Part shown: positions 27,113-37,888 of the stretch, piece by piece
Numbering within the stretch: the first letter of the stretch is position 1
How the letters are laid out: every line of letters begins with the position of its first letter
Virus record (IMG/VR): IMGVR_UViG_3300021963_000051
Span: 47,967 to 111,966 of that record
Strand: one strand, 5' to 3'
Source: a virus
DNA length: 64,000 nt
The notes under the pieces: model-generated
Seen by the model: only the letters and a program-made list of their open reading frames with translations
The model's database searches: none
Told to the model about the DNA's origin: nothing
Position numbers and translations under genes: made by a program

Positions 27113-28302
27113 TATATATCAGCCCTTGGTTTTAATGCCTTACTGAGAGCCTGTTTCTCTTGAACTACATTACCAGCAATAGTAGACGTATTTAAATTAT
27201 TGACAAAACTTGATTTTAATTTTAGTCTGATTAGATCTGGATCGTTAGTCTGAGTAGCACCAAGCGTACTTGTGGTCATCCTAACATTATCCTCAAATCT
27301 AATCCAATGAACTCCATCATATCTGTACATTCTGTTCGGTAGATAATCAGTTCTTAGGAAGAACTCACCATTAACAGGATTACCTGGAAAACTTATACCA
27401 AATCCATAAGGTGCTCCATTGGGAGGAACGCCATCCCCAGTTAGATAACCAACGTAGTAATTTTTTGTAGGAGTTGATAATACAGCACTGGTATCAAAAA
27501 AGTCATCAGTGGTATCAACCTCGGTATTTGTAACATCTTCTGTCTCAGCAAAGCCTGTTTCTTTATTTGTAGGAATAATGTAAAGATGTCTAGTCTCGTA
27601 TCCACTCTTATTCACATCTTCCTCTGCTTGTAGAATAACCTGGTTGTTTACTTCAATAGATTTTTGATATTCTGATAATAGATCTCTTAAATTTGATCCA
27701 TCTTCAGCCCCACTATCTTTATCAAAAATCTCTTTGAACTCTTGACGATCAACTAAAGGCTGACATTTAGCCCTAACTAGGTGTGGGTACCAGGTTTGAC
27801 TGTATCCTGTAGCAGGTCTTGTAACTTCTGATACTACATAAAATCTTTTTAATGCTATTAAACTGTCATCTAGAGCATACTCGTCCTTTTGATGAGGCAA
27901 TTCGATTACATCTCCTGCCATTATCTTTCTACCTAATGCTTCAAAACTAGATCGCAGATGAAAGGTAATCATTATATTATCATTTTGTAGGAACAGCCCA
28001 AATTGACTGAGGTTAAAATCAATATCTTGTAGTGTATAAATTCCTCTTATTATATAGACATCTTCTGAATAATGTCTATCTCTATTTTCTAAAAATAATA
28101 AATCTTGAATTCCTAATTCCGGAATAGCATTAGTTTGATTAGGTAACGTAGCAGAACTTTCTCCTGCTTGGGGATTTACCGGTCCTAGATATTTGTGAAT
28201 GAACACATCTGTGCCACCAATTTGGAATTGTTCATTGATAGCTCTGTCTAAAAACTTAAAATCATTGCCTTTTTCTGGTTTATAAAGAGATAAGCGTGGC
28301 AT
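27112..28302 (-). CDS. Neck/head closure protein (gp14-like)
   Basis: LSQFGLF...MITFH...GDVIELP pattern; lies between gp13-like and gp15-like genes. Confidence 0.7.
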   Translation of the reverse strand: MPRLSLYKPEKGNDFKFLDRAINEQFQIGGTDVFIHKYLGPVNPQAGESSATLPNQTNAIPELGIQDLLFLENRDRHYSEDVYIIRGIYTLQDIDFNLSQFGLFLQNDNIMITFHLRSSFEALGRKIMAGDVIELPHQKDEYALDDSLIALKRFYVVSEVTRPATGYSQTWYPHLVRAKCQPLVDRQEFKEIFDKDSGAEDGSNLRDLLSEYQKSIEVNNQVILQAEEDVNKSGYETRHLYIIPTNKETGFAETEDVTNTEVDTTDDFFDTSAVLSTPTKNYYVGYLTGDGVPPNGAPYGFGISFPGNPVNGEFFLRTDYLPNRMYRYDGVHWIRFEDNVRMTTSTLGATQTNDPDLIRLKLKSSFVNNLNTSTIAGNVVQEKQALSKALKPRADI

Positions 28303-28331
28303 AGTCTTATATTTATAGCATAAATACCCTT
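28303..28331. promoter_or_regulatory. Back-to-back TAAATA late promoters for divergent neck genes
   Basis: TATAAATA on minus (28310-28317) 7 nt before ATG 28302; TAAATA on plus (28321-28326) 5 nt before ATG 28332. Confidence 0.75.
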
Positions 28332-29090
28332 ATGAGTGATACTGAAATTGAAAGAAAAAAAGTTGTAGATTATATTAAAGCTATGTTAGGTGATGGCATG
28401 GTTGATGTTGAACTCGACCCTATACACTATAATACTTCTATTGATCGTGCTTTAAGTAAATTTCGTCAACGAAGCAGCAATTCAGTTGAAGAAAGTTATG
28501 CTTTTATTACAGTTGAAGTTGATCAAAATGAATATACATTGCCTAAAGAAACAATGGATGTTAGACAAATTTTTCGTAGAAGCATAGGTAGTAGGTCAGG
28601 AGGAGGTCAGGGAGGAACCTTATTCGAACCATTCAATTTGGCCTATTCTAACACTTACCTCCTAACTGCTACAAATATGGGGGGGCTAGCTACCTACTAT
28701 GCTTTTGCCAGCTATCAAAAACAAGTCGGAAAAATGTTTGGCAGTGAAATTAATTTTACTTTTAATAGAACTACAAAAAAATTAACACTCATGCAACGTC
28801 CTAGAAGTGAAGAAGAAGTTCTATTATGGATATATAACTATAGACCCGATTTTAACCTGCTTCAAGACAATTTTGCCGGACAATGGTTATTAGATTATAG
28901 TTTAGCTACCTGTAAAATAATGCTAGGTGAAGCTAGAGAGAAATTTGCTCAGGTGGCTAGTCCTCAGGGTGGTACCAGCCTAAATGGAACAGCATTGAAA
29001 AACGAAGGTAAAGCAGAAATAGAAGTTTTAGAGCTAGACCTTATCAATTATAAAGAAGGCGGAACACCTCTTACATTTGTAATTGGCTAA
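28332..29090 (+). CDS. Neck protein (gp13-like head-tail adaptor)
   Basis: DYIKAMLGDGMVDVEL, WLLDYSLA...GEAREKF...GGTSLNG motifs. Confidence 0.8.
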   Translation: MSDTEIERKKVVDYIKAMLGDGMVDVELDPIHYNTSIDRALSKFRQRSSNSVEESYAFITVEVDQNEYTLPKETMDVRQIFRRSIGSRSGGGQGGTLFEPFNLAYSNTYLLTATNMGGLATYYAFASYQKQVGKMFGSEINFTFNRTTKKLTLMQRPRSEEEVLLWIYNYRPDFNLLQDNFAGQWLLDYSLATCKIMLGEAREKFAQVASPQGGTSLNGTALKNEGKAEIEVLELDLINYKEGGTPLTFVIG

Positions 29091-29097
29091 TAAAAAC

Positions 29098-29126
29098 TTG
29101 ACAATGTAATTTAATGATAATAAATT
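29098..29126 (+). promoter_or_regulatory. sigma70-like promoter
   Basis: TTGACA-17 nt-TAAATT upstream of the dNMP kinase gene. Confidence 0.65.
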
Positions 29127-29147
29127 AAAGCATCTTGAGAGGTTGCT

Positions 29148-29786
29148 ATGATTATAGGTTTCGTTGGGTTCATAGGTTCAGGCAAAGACACAGCCGCTGA
29201 TTATTTGGTTAATTTTCACGGTTTTAGACGAGATTCTTTTGCTAACACTTTGAAAGATGCCGTGGCCGCGGTATTCGGATGGGATAGAGTTCTCCTGGAA
29301 GGACGTACAAATGAAGCTAGAACGTGGCGTGAAGAAGTAGATAGCTGGTGGGCTGAACGCCTAAATATGCCTAATTTAACTCCTAGGTGGGTTTTACAGT
29401 ATTGGGGTACTGATGTCCTTAGAAATCAATTTCACGACGATATTTGGATTGCCAGTATAGAAAATAAATTACGTAAAACTAAAGATCATATTGTGATAAG
29501 TGATGTAAGATTTCCTAACGAAATACAGGCAATACATAATGCTGGTGGATTAGTGGTTAGAGTTCAACGAGGTCCAAATCCCGAATGGTACAATGATGCG
29601 TTGAATATGAATCAAGGTCCAACTAATATGAGTTGGGCTATCAGCAAGCAGAGAATTTCTGAATTAAAAATTCACGCTAGCGAAACTAGTTGGGTAGGAG
29701 ATAAGATTGATCACGTTATTTTAAATGATTCTACTATAGACGAATTATTCAATCAGCTAGAACAACTAATTAAAGATCGGGTTTGA
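29148..29786 (+). CDS. Deoxynucleoside monophosphate kinase (T4 gp1-like)
   Basis: GFIGSGKDT P-loop, SFANTLKD, TPRWVLQYWGT, ISDVRFPNE, HASE. Confidence 0.92.
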   Translation: MIIGFVGFIGSGKDTAADYLVNFHGFRRDSFANTLKDAVAAVFGWDRVLLEGRTNEARTWREEVDSWWAERLNMPNLTPRWVLQYWGTDVLRNQFHDDIWIASIENKLRKTKDHIVISDVRFPNEIQAIHNAGGLVVRVQRGPNPEWYNDALNMNQGPTNMSWAISKQRISELKIHASETSWVGDKIDHVILNDSTIDELFNQLEQLIKDRV

Positions 29787-30105
29787 TATTACCTCGTTTC
29801 CATTTGAAAAGTTCTTTAGTTAAAATTCGTTGACAATTGGCACATACTGTTTTTAAATTTGAATGACGAGAATTTAATAAGTTGCCATCAACGTGAAACA
29901 CATCAAATTGTTCTGTATGTATAGAACTATAACTACATTTATCGCATAGGTTTTTCTTTTTATATCCGCTTTTTTCCCAAAGCGACACCCCTGTTTTTCT
30001 ATTTTTAGCGCAGGTATCACAGACTGTTCTATAGAAAATTTTTTCGTCTTTACGGTAGTTGATAGCTACCTGACGCTTACTACATTTAGAACAAATTTTC
30101 CTCAT
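29770..30105 (-). CDS. Small HNH endonuclease-like zinc protein
   Basis: CxxC pairs; DVFHVDGN...NLKTVCANC. Confidence 0.75.
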   Translation of the reverse strand: MRKICSKCSKRQVAINYRKDEKIFYRTVCDTCAKNRKTGVSLWEKSGYKKKNLCDKCSYSSIHTEQFDVFHVDGNLLNSRHSNLKTVCANCQRILTKELFKWKRGNIKPDL

Positions 30106-30202
30106 TAGCGCCCTTTTCGAATCCCTTTAGGCTTATTTAAGCCTAAATTTTTTACTCCAATCCGCTAAATATATCAAAGTATTCCATTGAGGAGATTGTA
30201 TA

Positions 30203-33175
30203 ATGGCAACATTAAATTCACCAGGTGTATCAGTAACAGTTATTGATGAAAGTTTTTATACACCTGCAGCAGCAGGGACTACACCATTTATCGTTGTGGT
30301 TTCTGCCCAAGACAAAGTAAATCCTAGCGGCACAATCGCTGTAGGTTCAGAAAAAGCCAACGCTGGTAAACCATACCTAATAACCAGTCAAAGAGATCTT
30401 ACTGATACATTCGGTACCCCATTATTCTATACAGATACAAGTGGCAATCCTTTACACGGTAATGAATTAAATGAATATGGATTACAGACCGCCTATAGCG
30501 CACTCGGTGTAAGCTCAAGATCTTATGTCGTTCGTGCAGACATTGATTTATCTGACCTCGCCCCTCAATCATCACCCCCAGAAGGAATGCCAGTATCTGG
30601 AACTTATTGGATTGATACAGCTTCTACTGTATTTGGTATTAAAACATGGAATACTACCACACAAAAATTTACATCTGTTACACCTATTGTCCTTGATGAT
30701 ACGGCAGATCCGATCAATTTTGTAGGATCATCTCTCGTCCCTAGTAATTCAGTCGGTTTGACTGGAAATTTCTGTATGGTGGTTACTAATGATAACTTCA
30801 ATAAACTTTACTATAAGGATGCTACTAATAGTTGGATACCTGTTGTAAATGGTTTTGATACTAGTGGAAAAGCTCTACAAATTAGCCCTCATTATACCTA
30901 CCCAACATGGAACGCTAGTACAGCTACAGGCAGTGTATGGATTACTACTACATCACCATCAAATGGTGCCAAATGGAATGTAAAATATTACGACGGGGGA
31001 TCTGAAACCTGGTCAACTGTTAGTGCTCCTATCTATAATAGTTTTGAAAGTGCTACCTATTATGGTGATACAACAGGTGGTGGTAAAAATATTCCTATTG
31101 GATCTCTCTTTGTTGACAACAATGTCTTAGATCAATTAATTCCTATAGCAGACTTTAAAATTCATAGACGTTCTAGAACAGGTGTTACAACAATTAGTTC
31201 AGATGTAGTAACTCAGTATCCAACAAACGGTACAACTTATACCTTTGAGGTTAGAGAATCCATAACAGGTCAAGAATCATTTAATCCTTTCTACACTGTT
31301 ACATTTACAGCAACTAGTGGCAGTACTTTATTAGGAAGTTATGTACCTGCTGCTATTAGTGCGCAAGTTGGACTTACAAATTTATCTGCTAACTTTAATA
31401 CCTCTACAGGGGTTTTAACCATAACTCATAGGAATGGTGGAGATTTTAGATTTAGAAATATATCTACAGTGACTCAGAGTTTACTAGGATTTGCACCTTA
31501 CAACACAAATACCGGATTAGGAACAACGAATTTATACCTTGTTGAAAATACAAACACAAGTTTTATTGCTACAAACTGGAAACCATTAGCTTATGAAGCA
31601 CGACCAGATGCCCCTTCTACAGATCCAGCAGATGGTACTTTATGGTACAGCAATGTTGTAGACCAAGTAGACATAATGGTCAACACAGGAACAGCTTGGG
31701 TGGGTTATGCTACAGCTTATCCTTTAACTGATGCCAATGGTCCTTTAATTCAAGCAACTAAACCAACTACTCAATCTAATGGTAACGCTTTACAAACTGG
31801 AGACATATGGGTTAATACAAGTGACCTAGAAAACTATGGTAAAAATCTCTACGTGTATAACAGTGCCGCCACAGGTGATAAATGGGAATTACAAGATACT
31901 TCAGATCAATCTTCACCAACAGGTTGGTTGTTTGCTGATGCACGTTGGGCTACATCAGGTGCGGCTATAGAGCCATCTACTATTGTAGCCCTAAGAAGTT
32001 CTAGCTATGTAGATCCAGATGCACCAGATGCTAGACTTTATCCTACAGGGATGAAACTCTGGAATACCCGCAGATCAGGATTTAATGTTAAAAAATATAT
32101 AAAAGGTTATATTAACGTTCTAGCCAATAACGGACAGAATTTACGTTATCAGAACCAAGCTATGGCTCTTTATAATGTAGATCGTTGGGTAAGTCAATAT
32201 CCTACAGCAGAAAACGGTTCTGGTGTGTTTGGAAGAAAGAGTCAACGTCAAGTTATAGTTAAAGAACTTAAACAGCTAGTAGATACTAATACTGTTATTA
32301 GAGATACAGATAGTCTTAACTTCAACTTAATTTTATGTCCAGGCTATCCTGAACTAATCAGCAACATGGTACAGTTTAATAATGATAGAGGTATCACAGC
32401 TTTTGTAGTTGGAGATACTCCAATGCGTCTAAGACCTGTAGGCCAAACCTTAACATCATATGGTTCAAATGCTGCTGGGTCGCTCGACACAGGTGAAGAT
32501 GGTGCCGCAACATATGACGAATATATGGCTATGTATTATCCAAGCGGATACACAACAGATAACAGCGGTAATAATATTGTAGTACCACCTAGTCATATGA
32601 TTTTAAGGACCATCATTAATAGTGATGCTAAGAGCTACCAATGGTTCGCACCAGCGGGAACAAGACGTGGTGGAGTTGATAACGCTACACAGATAGGTTA
32701 TCTAGATAGTGAAGGAGAATTTAGATCACAAACTATTCCTCAAAATTTAAGAGATGTATTGGATGATGTGTCAATTAACCCAATAAGTAACTTAACTGGG
32801 GTTGGATTAACAGTCTATGGTCAAAAAACTAGAGCAAGAAATGCCAGCGCCTTAGATCGTGTAAATGTCGCTAGACTAGTAGCATACTTACGTAAACAAT
32901 TAGACGTTCTATCAAGACCGTTCTTGTTCGAACCAAACGATGCTCAAACAAGGCGTGAAATTAAAGCAGCCGCAGAAAGTCTCATGTTAGAGTTAGTAGG
33001 ACAAAGAGCACTATATGACTTTATTGTAGTATGTGATGAAACAAATAATACACCTTCAAGAATAGATCGTAACGAATTATATATGGACATTGCTATTGAG
33101 CCAGTAAAAGCGGTTGAATTCATTTATATTCCTTTAAGATTGAAAAATAGAGGGGATATTGAGGCAGGGCTATAA
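30203..33175 (+). CDS. Tail sheath protein (gp18-like), enlarged (990 aa)
   Basis: SPGVSVTVIDES N-terminus; WFAPAGTRRG, DRVNVARL, FLFEPND, CDETNNTP, PVKAVEFI. Confidence 0.95.
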   Translation: MATLNSPGVSVTVIDESFYTPAAAGTTPFIVVVSAQDKVNPSGTIAVGSEKANAGKPYLITSQRDLTDTFGTPLFYTDTSGNPLHGNELNEYGLQTAYSALGVSSRSYVVRADIDLSDLAPQSSPPEGMPVSGTYWIDTASTVFGIKTWNTTTQKFTSVTPIVLDDTADPINFVGSSLVPSNSVGLTGNFCMVVTNDNFNKLYYKDATNSWIPVVNGFDTSGKALQISPHYTYPTWNASTATGSVWITTTSPSNGAKWNVKYYDGGSETWSTVSAPIYNSFESATYYGDTTGGGKNIPIGSLFVDNNVLDQLIPIADFKIHRRSRTGVTTISSDVVTQYPTNGTTYTFEVRESITGQESFNPFYTVTFTATSGSTLLGSYVPAAISAQVGLTNLSANFNTSTGVLTITHRNGGDFRFRNISTVTQSLLGFAPYNTNTGLGTTNLYLVENTNTSFIATNWKPLAYEARPDAPSTDPADGTLWYSNVVDQVDIMVNTGTAWVGYATAYPLTDANGPLIQATKPTTQSNGNALQTGDIWVNTSDLENYGKNLYVYNSAATGDKWELQDTSDQSSPTGWLFADARWATSGAAIEPSTIVALRSSSYVDPDAPDARLYPTGMKLWNTRRSGFNVKKYIKGYINVLANNGQNLRYQNQAMALYNVDRWVSQYPTAENGSGVFGRKSQRQVIVKELKQLVDTNTVIRDTDSLNFNLILCPGYPELISNMVQFNNDRGITAFVVGDTPMRLRPVGQTLTSYGSNAAGSLDTGEDGAATYDEYMAMYYPSGYTTDNSGNNIVVPPSHMILRTIINSDAKSYQWFAPAGTRRGGVDNATQIGYLDSEGEFRSQTIPQNLRDVLDDVSINPISNLTGVGLTVYGQKTRARNASALDRVNVARLVAYLRKQLDVLSRPFLFEPNDAQTRREIKAAAESLMLELVGQRALYDFIVVCDETNNTPSRIDRNELYMDIAIEPVKAVEFIYIPLRLKNRGDIEAGL

Positions 33176-33206
33176 TAGGTAAATAATTGAAAGAAGGAGC
33201 ATTTTC

Positions 33207-33857
33207 ATGCCAATCGCAAGTTTAAGAAATTTCACAGTTCCAATCGCGGGGACACAGGCAAGTTCCACACAAGGCCTATTGATGCCAAAGCTAAAGTATC
33301 GTTTTAGAGTAACACTCGATGGCTTTGGAGTTGCTGGAGCACCTACTACAGAATTGACCAAGCAGGTTATGAATGTGACTCGCCCAGATGTTACTTTTGA
33401 AACTGTGGTTCTACCGGTTTATAACAGTCAAGTAAAAATATTAGGCAAACACAGTTTTGCAGATGCTAAATTGACAGTAAGAGACGACGCAAGTGGTGTA
33501 GTAAGCCGTAAGGTAGGTGAACAGTTACAGAAACAATTTGATTTCTTTGAACAAGCCGCAGCTCAGAGTGCTATTGATTATAAATTTAGAATGAGAGTAG
33601 AAATTCTAGATGGCGGTAACGGAGGATTTGAACCAGTTACCTTAGAAAGTTTTGAATTTTTAGGTTGTTTTGTAAAACAAGCTACCTATGCCCAAGGCGA
33701 TTATAACAGTAATGAAGTAATGGATATCGGTTTAACTATAAGTTACGATAATGCAATTCAATTAGAAGCACCGGGGGGAGCGGCGAGCGGAGTAGGAGTT
33801 AATGTTGGAAGAGTAGTAAGGCCAGCAAATGCCCAAGGTTTAGCCACTGGCGGATAA
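33207..33857 (+). CDS. Tail tube protein (gp19-like)
   Basis: PKLKYRFRV...RPDV...GKH...ISYDNA; directly follows sheath. Confidence 0.85.
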   Translation: MPIASLRNFTVPIAGTQASSTQGLLMPKLKYRFRVTLDGFGVAGAPTTELTKQVMNVTRPDVTFETVVLPVYNSQVKILGKHSFADAKLTVRDDASGVVSRKVGEQLQKQFDFFEQAAAQSAIDYKFRMRVEILDGGNGGFEPVTLESFEFLGCFVKQATYAQGDYNSNEVMDIGLTISYDNAIQLEAPGGAASGVGVNVGRVVRPANAQGLATGG

Positions 33858-33871
33858 TTTATTCTAGCTCC

Positions 33872-33900
33872 AAAAAAAGCCTGGAATTTCAGGCTTTTTT
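33872..33900 (+). terminator. Intrinsic terminator
   Basis: AAAAAAGCCTG-GAATTT-CAGGCTTTTTT. Confidence 0.85.
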
Positions 33901-33918
33901 AATGGATAAATATTCTGT

Positions 33919-35163
33919 ATGAGTAAATCAAACAATTTCCTAGCCCTAGCTAATCTTGACGTTAATCTCCAAGATTATAAACACGCATCTAGATTTTATG
34001 TTGACGATAATCAAAAACGTGCTCCAAAGTTTGGATTTTTATACTTTGTAAATTTTATAATTAATTCAGATGCTAAGATAAGTGATATTGATAAAAACAT
34101 AGGGATGTTTGTTAAAAAAATTGATTTACCAAAATTTACCTTAAAGACGGAAGTTTTAAACCAATATAATAGAAAAACTCAGGTAACAACAGGGTTAACT
34201 TATAATCCCATTAATATAGAATTTCATGACGATTCGTCAGATATTACAAATAACTTATGGGTAAATTATTTTAAAAATCTTATAGCAGATCCAAATTATG
34301 ATACTGAAACTACAAATAATCCTAGACAGTTCGGTGATACAAAATTTGAAGAAACGGATTATGAATATGGTATATATAGCAGAGGAGTAAAAGGTAACTT
34401 CTTTGAAAGAATAGATATCTACACATTAAATGGAACTCAACAAACAAATACACAAATTAGTCTTATTAATCCAAAAATAACAGAATGGAAACATGACACA
34501 TTAGATCAATCACAGGGGAATAAAGTCTTAGCAAATAGTATGACTATTGTTTACGAAAATGTTTTATACTATAAAGGTGGCAGAAATAGTAAAATAGATG
34601 GATTTGTAAATGAATTTTATGATACTACGCAAAGTCCGCTAAAAATAGGAGGTAATCCTCAAAATGATCCCGGCGTTACTAATAATTTGGATCTTAGACC
34701 TAGCAACGCTGTAATTTTTGATCGTGCTACCGCACCAATTCAATCAGGAAACCCATTATTCGACAAAGCAGGTAAAGCTAGAACTTATACTATTCCAGGA
34801 AGACAAGTACAAAATTTATTTGATAGATCAGGTAAACCAAGACAATACGGATTGGTCAATGCCCCAAATACCCTTAATAATCCGTTCTTAGATATAGTAG
34901 CGATATTAGCTAAAGATTATGTTAATAAAAATGGATTAGGTAGAGTAGGACCAAAAGGGTATAATATTGCTTCTAGTGCCTTAAATGCTTCTATAGCATC
35001 ACCTGCAGGAAAATATTATGAACCGCCCAGCTCTCAAACTGTACCAGGTATTTTCAGGTTACCTGGTGGATTAGGTATAAATGTCTTTAAGGCATACAAT
35101 ACAGGAGTTGATGGAAAGATAAGAGTAAATCCTGCTGCTATTGTGTTTCCACCTAAGAGGTAA
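33919..35163 (+). CDS. Tube-like baseplate/tail tube initiator protein (gp48/gp54-like)
   Basis: VKKIDLPKF...NQYNRK...YNPINIEFHDD, MTIVYE tube-fold motifs. Confidence 0.65.
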   Translation: MSKSNNFLALANLDVNLQDYKHASRFYVDDNQKRAPKFGFLYFVNFIINSDAKISDIDKNIGMFVKKIDLPKFTLKTEVLNQYNRKTQVTTGLTYNPINIEFHDDSSDITNNLWVNYFKNLIADPNYDTETTNNPRQFGDTKFEETDYEYGIYSRGVKGNFFERIDIYTLNGTQQTNTQISLINPKITEWKHDTLDQSQGNKVLANSMTIVYENVLYYKGGRNSKIDGFVNEFYDTTQSPLKIGGNPQNDPGVTNNLDLRPSNAVIFDRATAPIQSGNPLFDKAGKARTYTIPGRQVQNLFDRSGKPRQYGLVNAPNTLNNPFLDIVAILAKDYVNKNGLGRVGPKGYNIASSALNASIASPAGKYYEPPSSQTVPGIFRLPGGLGINVFKAYNTGVDGKIRVNPAAIVFPPKR

Positions 35164-35165
35164 CA

Positions 35166-35534
35166 ATGAGAGATAATTATACAAATATACCGAAAAATCT
35201 ATCAAAAAATAATACTTTGGAAGAATTTAACGGATACCAAAAGTTAAAATCAGGAACTGATTCGGCTACTTATGCTGCTATGACAGGTTTCTTTAGTTTA
35301 AGGGGATTTGATAAAACCGCCGGTGAGTTAATTTCTGAAACAATTATCACACAGGCCAAACAAGACGGTTATAACCCCATGCAGATATTGGATACCCTAA
35401 AAGGATTATCATCTGTTGAAATTTCAGGAATAGTTGCAGAAATTTTAAATTTCAACAGATATAAGAGCAGTAGCTTAGGTTTCAGCCCTGTAATTGAAAT
35501 AAATCCCTATGTTGCTAGAAACATTATTCCATGA
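35166..35534 (+). CDS. Hypothetical protein
   Basis: 122-aa ORF in tail/packaging operon. Confidence 0.55.
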   Translation: MRDNYTNIPKNLSKNNTLEEFNGYQKLKSGTDSATYAAMTGFFSLRGFDKTAGELISETIITQAKQDGYNPMQILDTLKGLSSVEISGIVAEILNFNRYKSSSLGFSPVIEINPYVARNIIP

Positions 35535-35971
35535 GCTTGAAGTTTTCAAAAGATATTTACAGAGTAAAAAATCCTGAAAAATATGTAGGTTCTAAACTAC
35601 CTGTTTATCGCAGCAGTTGGGAAATGACTTTTATGATGTTTTGTGATAATAATCCATCAATACAAGAATGGTCTAGCGAACCTGTTAAAATCCCATATAG
35701 AGATCCTTTAACAGGTAAACAAAGTGTATATGTCCCTGATTTTTTAATAAGATATATTGATAAAAACATGAAGGAACACGCCGAGCTTATAGAAATTAAA
35801 CCTGTTAACCAAATGATTTTAGAAAAAGTTGGAAAGAATCCTTACAACCAAGCTCAGTATGTAAAAAATATGGCAAAATGGGAAGCAGCAGGGGTGTGGG
35901 CACGAAATCACGGAATTCGGTTTCGTGTTATAAACGAAAATGACATTTTTCATAAACCTGGTAAAAAATAA
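35531..35971 (+). CDS. Head completion nuclease (T4 gp4/TnsA-like)
   Basis: NPEKYVG, YRSSWE, WSSE, YVPDF, IEIKP, KWEAA. Confidence 0.9.
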   Translation: MSLKFSKDIYRVKNPEKYVGSKLPVYRSSWEMTFMMFCDNNPSIQEWSSEPVKIPYRDPLTGKQSVYVPDFLIRYIDKNMKEHAELIEIKPVNQMILEKVGKNPYNQAQYVKNMAKWEAAGVWARNHGIRFRVINENDIFHKPGKK

Positions 35972-35987
35972 GAATAAGTAAGTTATC

Positions 35988-36470
35988 ATGACTAAAAAAT
36001 TAGAATCTATACTTAATTTACCCGAAACTGATGAGCCTTATATAGATGCGAAATCAACTAAGACTACAGTAATTCCTGAAACTATAGACCTACAGGAAAA
36101 ATTAGAAGAATTTGATAAAATAAGTTCTGCTTTACCTAGAGTAAAGGGATTAGGTGATATGGCTGACTCAGAATTAGATGCTCTGGCAACTAAGGCAGAG
36201 CAGGCCTATGACGATCTAATGGACTTAGGAATGAATGTAGAGGTAAGATATGGTGCTCGTATGTTTGAAGTTGCTGCCAATATGATGAATGCTGCTATTC
36301 AAGCTAAAAGTGCTAAAATTGATAAAAAATTGAAAATGGTTGAACTACAATTGAAAAAGCTAGCTATTGATAAGAAAAACAGCGAACCAGAACCTACTGT
36401 TCAAGCAGATGGTTATATTATTTCAGATAGGAATAGCATCCTAGAAAAACTAAAGTCTTTGAATAAATAA
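35988..36470 (+). CDS. Probable terminase small subunit
   Basis: Helical 160-aa protein with ARMFEVA motif, near the large terminase gene. Confidence 0.55.
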   Translation: MTKKLESILNLPETDEPYIDAKSTKTTVIPETIDLQEKLEEFDKISSALPRVKGLGDMADSELDALATKAEQAYDDLMDLGMNVEVRYGARMFEVAANMMNAAIQAKSAKIDKKLKMVELQLKKLAIDKKNSEPEPTVQADGYIISDRNSILEKLKSLNK

Positions 36471-36474
36471 AACT

Positions 36475-37068
36475 ATGAAAAACTTTAAAGAATACCTTAC
36501 CGAAAGTCAAAAACGTTACGATTTTAAAATTAAAATCGCTGGCGAAATGACTAATGAACAAGAGGCAGCACTAAAGTCTAGTCTAGAAAGATTCGTAACA
36601 AATACTTTTAAGAAAGCAGGTAAAACTCCTATTCAAGAACTTCCATTAGATTTTCCCAACATAAAAAATGCAGAAGTTAACATATATGAAGTCAGTTTAG
36701 ACTATCCTACAACACAACACGAACTTACTGAATTTGTTGCTCAGGCCGTAAAAAAACACGCAAACTATGTAGTTGTAAGAAGACCGGGTGAACCAAGTGA
36801 AGAGTATCAAACACCTGCAACAGTACGTAAGGGCGCACTATTAGATGACCCAGATTATAAAGAATCGCCAAATGCTAAATTTGAAGATTATTACGGTGAC
36901 AAATACAATTCGGGGTTCGTCAAAGAATTAAACGATATCTTGAAACTTCAACGTAAAGAGCGTGGAGAGCAAAGACCTAGTGAGGGTGATGCTAAATTTA
37001 ATACAGATTCCCCTGCTGGTACGCAAAGTCCAATACAGCCAACGGACTATAACCCGTTAAGGAAATAA
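36475..37068 (+). CDS. Hypothetical protein (possible internal head protein)
   Basis: MKNFKEYLTES N-terminus resembles the T4 capsid-targeting sequence; TAAATA upstream. Confidence 0.5.
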   Translation: MKNFKEYLTESQKRYDFKIKIAGEMTNEQEAALKSSLERFVTNTFKKAGKTPIQELPLDFPNIKNAEVNIYEVSLDYPTTQHELTEFVAQAVKKHANYVVVRRPGEPSEEYQTPATVRKGALLDDPDYKESPNAKFEDYYGDKYNSGFVKELNDILKLQRKERGEQRPSEGDAKFNTDSPAGTQSPIQPTDYNPLRK

Positions 37069-37070
37069 CT

Positions 37071-37829
37071 ATGCAAATGTTAGATGTATTAAAAAGATTA
37101 GCAGAACTTGATTCTGATAACCCTAGAGTTTACAATGATACTCCTACTCTAAACAATGAAAGCAAAGATGTAGAAGAAGAAAAAGCCGAAGAGGGTCCTG
37201 AGATACTAAAAATTAAGTCAGACCAGGCTAAGTCAAAAGGTGAAAAATCTTTCAAAGTAGGCGACAAAACTTTTCCGGTAAAAGAAGGCGAAGACGAACA
37301 AGTTGAAGAATGTGGTATGATGCCCACAATAGGCTCAATGAACGACCACCATACTCCGGCCAGTATAAACATTTCAGCAGATAGTGGTGATGAACTAAGT
37401 GCTATGCTACGTGATATTATGACACTAGCAGGTCGTGATCATTACGACGATGCCGATATAGGTATGGCAGAACCCTCAACCAATATGCCTCCACCTGCAG
37501 AAGTAGATACAGATAGTAGTAATGATATGGGCATGGATGAACCCTCAATGATGCGTAGTATGATCGATAAATTAAACCCAGGCGACGATGAAGGAGGTGA
37601 CCAAGACGGCGACCAAGGAGACGATCAAGACGAAGTTAAAGAATATGATAATGAGCCTGCACCAGAAACATCTGGATATGCTAGTATGACTCCAACTGGC
37701 AATGACCTTAATTCAAAAGGTGATAACGAAGCTGGCAAGGTAAATGGTGGCGGCAACCCCTATACCAAAACAATGGAGCAAGTAGAAAGAGACTTATTTG
37801 CAGAATATCGCAAATTTGTAGGTGAATAA
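37071..37829 (+). CDS. Acidic low-complexity hypothetical protein (possible internal head protein)
   Basis: D/E-rich; LRDIMTLAG motif; V-x-E motifs. Confidence 0.5.
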   Translation: MQMLDVLKRLAELDSDNPRVYNDTPTLNNESKDVEEEKAEEGPEILKIKSDQAKSKGEKSFKVGDKTFPVKEGEDEQVEECGMMPTIGSMNDHHTPASINISADSGDELSAMLRDIMTLAGRDHYDDADIGMAEPSTNMPPPAEVDTDSSNDMGMDEPSMMRSMIDKLNPGDDEGGDQDGDQGDDQDEVKEYDNEPAPETSGYASMTPTGNDLNSKGDNEAGKVNGGGNPYTKTMEQVERDLFAEYRKFVGE

Positions 37830-37846
37830 AAAATAGTAAATTCACC

Positions 37847-37874
37847 AAATAGCCCCTAAGGGGGCTATTTTTTT
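37847..37874 (+). terminator. Intrinsic terminator
   Basis: AAATAGCCCC-TAAG-GGGGCTATTTTTTT. Confidence 0.85.
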
Positions 37875-37888
37875 CAGTAAATAATGAT

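Noticed and set aside
29770-30105. Mobile homing endonuclease element
   Set aside because: Small free-standing HNH with no intron context; mobility cannot be supported
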